A stretch of 64,000 bases of DNA from Balanoglossus misakiensis. Lineage: Eukaryota; Animalia; Hemichordata. Numbering within the stretch: the first letter of the stretch is position 1; each line of letters opens with the position of its first letter. Location: assembly GCA_040954595.2 (NCBI GenBank), contig CM082592.2, positions 11,751,912 through 11,815,911 on the forward strand, read 5' to 3'. Made by a program: the position numbers and the translations under genes. Of the stretch, positions 61,276-64,000 are shown piece after piece. A model generated the notes under the pieces. The model saw nothing but the letters and a program-made list of their open reading frames with translations, made no database searches and was not told the DNA's origin.

Positions 61276-62385
61276 TCATGCGTAATTACTCTCTTCGATA
61301 TCAACTCTGCTGACCGATACTTGCATTGGAGTAAGCGCCAGAGATGTTGTCTGCGTTCCTGTTTGTACCTGCGTTCGACCGGCGGTGGTTTGGATGGTAG
61401 TACTGGAGTTAGGATTGACCGTTGCCCCGCAACGCTTGAAGAAGAGTAAGCGGAGTGCGTCCCTAAACTGTTTGTTTTTGAAGGAGTAAATGATGGGATT
61501 CATGCAAGAATTACAGAAAGCGAGAAGTATGAAGAACTGATAATAGGGTGCGTATTGTTCCAGCGGGGCGTCAAAATTCAGGCACAAGAACAGTGTTTGA
61601 TTTGGCGCCCAGCAAATCATAAATGTTATCACTACAAGGAACAACATTTTGATGATCTTCTCTCTGGTGCGAAGAAGAGAAATGGCGTTCCTGTAGTCAG
61701 AATCTTGGTGGGATTGGAGAATCTTGGCGTGCGCCTTAATGGAAGACAGCATTCTTATGTATACAATGATCAACACAACGACTGGGATCAAGAAGGATGC
61801 AAGGTACAGAAGGACTGCGATCACTTTTCGATATATTTTACTCGGCCACACCAGGAGGCATGATTGGCTGCCGGAATCGTTCAGGAAGATGTAGAAAGAG
61901 ATACTTTCCACGGCACATGCGCTCAGCCAGGCTACGGCCACCATTACTAAGCACACTCTCGGCGTGAACGCCCTCTTGTGTGTAACTGGATGCACGATTG
62001 CAAAGTACCGCTCCACCGTGATGGCGACGAGATTGAACACGGAGGCCTTAAAGCTTATCCACAGGAAAGCATCGGAGTACACCAAACGACAGTACACTTC
62101 CCCAGCGGCGCCATTTGTCACCGGTGACATCACCGGATAGGGCAAAACCAGCCAAGAGGTGATGAAGTCGGCAACAGCAAGGCTGACGATAAAGTAATTA
62201 GTGTTCGAACGCATGTGTTTAATTTTAATAAAAGTCAAGCCAACGAGCGAGTTACCAATAATGCCAAGAAGTGACATCACGATCTTACAAATCTCCACCC
62301 AACCCATTGCAAGTTTATGGCCGACCATACTTTCTGTGGTCAGCGTGTCCGGCTTGATGGTGGTGTTCAGATCGTGTAGCACCAT
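61276..62385 (-). CDS. Class A peptide-receptor-like GPCR (galanin/allatostatin-A receptor-like), single coding exon, 369 aa
   Basis: GN (TM1), TNYFIVSLAVAD (TM2), C3.25, ERYFAIVHP, W4.50, FLIP (TM5), CWAPN (TM6), NSCMNPIIY and a helix-8 FR motif; no TM3 Asp. An acceptor (TTTCAG) near 62413 implies an upstream non-coding exon. Confidence 0.93.
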   Translation of the reverse strand: MVLHDLNTTIKPDTLTTESMVGHKLAMGWVEICKIVMSLLGIIGNSLVGLTFIKIKHMRSNTNYFIVSLAVADFITSWLVLPYPVMSPVTNGAAGEVYCRLVYSDAFLWISFKASVFNLVAITVERYFAIVHPVTHKRAFTPRVCLVMVAVAWLSACAVESISFYIFLNDSGSQSCLLVWPSKIYRKVIAVLLYLASFLIPVVVLIIVYIRMLSSIKAHAKILQSHQDSDYRNAISLLRTREKIIKMLFLVVITFMICWAPNQTLFLCLNFDAPLEQYAPYYQFFILLAFCNSCMNPIIYSFKNKQFRDALRLLFFKRCGATVNPNSSTTIQTTAGRTQVQTGTQTTSLALTPMQVSVSRVDIEESNYA

Positions 62386-64000
62386 CCCGCATACTTTCCA
62401 CGGAGCTGCAATCTGAAATGACTGAAAAGGGGAAACATGTTATCAGTCTATCGCACAAGAAAATAATTTATCTGTTCTGTTGCTGTTCATTTTAAAGTTG
62501 ACGCAATATCAAGTGTGTGAAATGTGTAAGCCCTTCCTTCTATGATGTGCTAAACTGTTCTGAAATACAATAGGTTTTTTCACCATCTGAGCAATTGCAC
62601 CATCTGGGCAGGATGCAGTCCTTGCAACGACTGTAATTTTAAAAATCTTTTCAGCGGCTGTTTGTTTCAGGTAGCACTCACTCTGCCAATTTTTTCAACT
62701 GTGTAGCTGTTAAAAAGGGGTAGACGTACTTTGCAAATGGCCGTGTTTACAGTTTGTTTGCTATGACCACGTTTGACAGATGGAGTAAATTTGCATATTA
62801 CAAGCGCTGCATCTGTGGTTTGGCGTCGAGGTCACGCCTGTGCCATTTCGAGTCATGAGAACGCGCATGCAGTCGTACATGTCTGCAACAAAAACTGGAT
62901 ATTTCAAGAGTTTATGTTCCTCGAATTCGGTGGTCGCCGTTTCTACACAAGGTTCTGAGTATGTCGCACTGCAGCTAATTGTTAATTCTCCGTCGCAGAT
63001 ACTTCTTGGTGGATCCATAGTTCGTACAGCCATCATCAAACGACGGAAATTTCCTGTGTGTGTCGACCACTCCACGTGTGTGTACAACTAATTGCATCGC
63101 ACCAAGTGTGTTTCTGCGTACGTGTCAAGCTCTCCTACTTAGAAGCAAGAAATTGATCTGCTCTTCCGTCATCCGCCCAAAGGTATGTTATGGCCGAATC
63201 ATTGAGTATGTGCAAGCTCTTCTATGCTTTGTAAGTGTTAAAAATATAGGTGTAATCGTTCTGGTAATAACGCACGTGGTCAAAATTGAAGAGCAAATTA
63301 ATATTGTCTTACATGGGGGGGGGGGGGGTATTTATTCCGTCCCGTGAAACACTTTTGACCTCGTTACTTCTTGTACGCTGCGAAAGTTTGTTCTCCCAAT
63401 TATAATCCAGCATATTCTGCAAGTGTAGAGGCTAGAGAATGACACGCGTGTAGTCAACGAGATCTGAAGTGTGCCTATAAGTAGTTCTCAATGACGAGAC
63501 TCGGCACCTTGAGGACGACCCCAACAGCCCCTCAGAGCAATCGAGCGATAATTACACGCCGTTTCACTGAAAGCCCCCGTCTCTGCCTGATGGATTTCTA
63601 TCGGGCAGTTCACACCGAAAGGCTCCTGAATAAACGACCTTTTCATGAGAAGCGGAAAAAGACGTCCACTCACATATATCCACTTAAATTGAATCTGAAC
63701 AATCGAAGTCGATTTCCTACCCTCTCTCGGAGAGCAACTAAAGTACTTCACGAAGACTATGCAGCTCTGGTGTGCTAGGCATTTTGTCCAAGAATTCTTA
63801 ACTATATTCCATGGAAGTTGGCAATTTCACACCCAGCGTTTCCAAAGTCCAATTAATTTCCATTTCGGATTTAGTTCTCTCATATCCGTGTCATAACTCC
63901 ATTTGGACAATGTACCCCTAAAAGGTTCAGTACTAAAATAGTTAAATGGTGTCATAGCAAAACTTGGAAGGGTGCATTTGCTAGTGACCGAATTACTCGT

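Overview
This is intron-rich animal DNA (canonical GT-AG splicing, AT-rich, many TACATGTA motifs and microsatellites), most consistent with a marine invertebrate deuterostome such as a hemichordate or echinoderm (inference). I assembled nine protein-coding genes by hand from splice sites and reading-frame phases: an invertebrate-type acetylcholinesterase (+), a convergent intronless aminergic-like GPCR (-), a nuclear receptor with a DNA-binding domain, an atypical CEGCKC P-box and no ligand-binding domain (-), GNB1L (-), a head-to-head uncharacterised WD40 gene with an RFX X-box (+), LYRM9 (-), a group III secreted phospholipase A2 (-), POLDIP2 (+) and a galanin/allatostatin-receptor-like GPCR (-). 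The most notable points are the LBD-less nuclear receptor with several candidate alternative first exons in a ~17 kb gene-free region, a tail-less AChE whose 3' end may overlap the neighbouring amine receptor, and a LYRM9-PLA2(III)-POLDIP2 linkage that echoes human 17q11.2. I found no CRISPR arrays, rRNA or intact tRNA. No database searches were run; gene names come from recognising the sequence.
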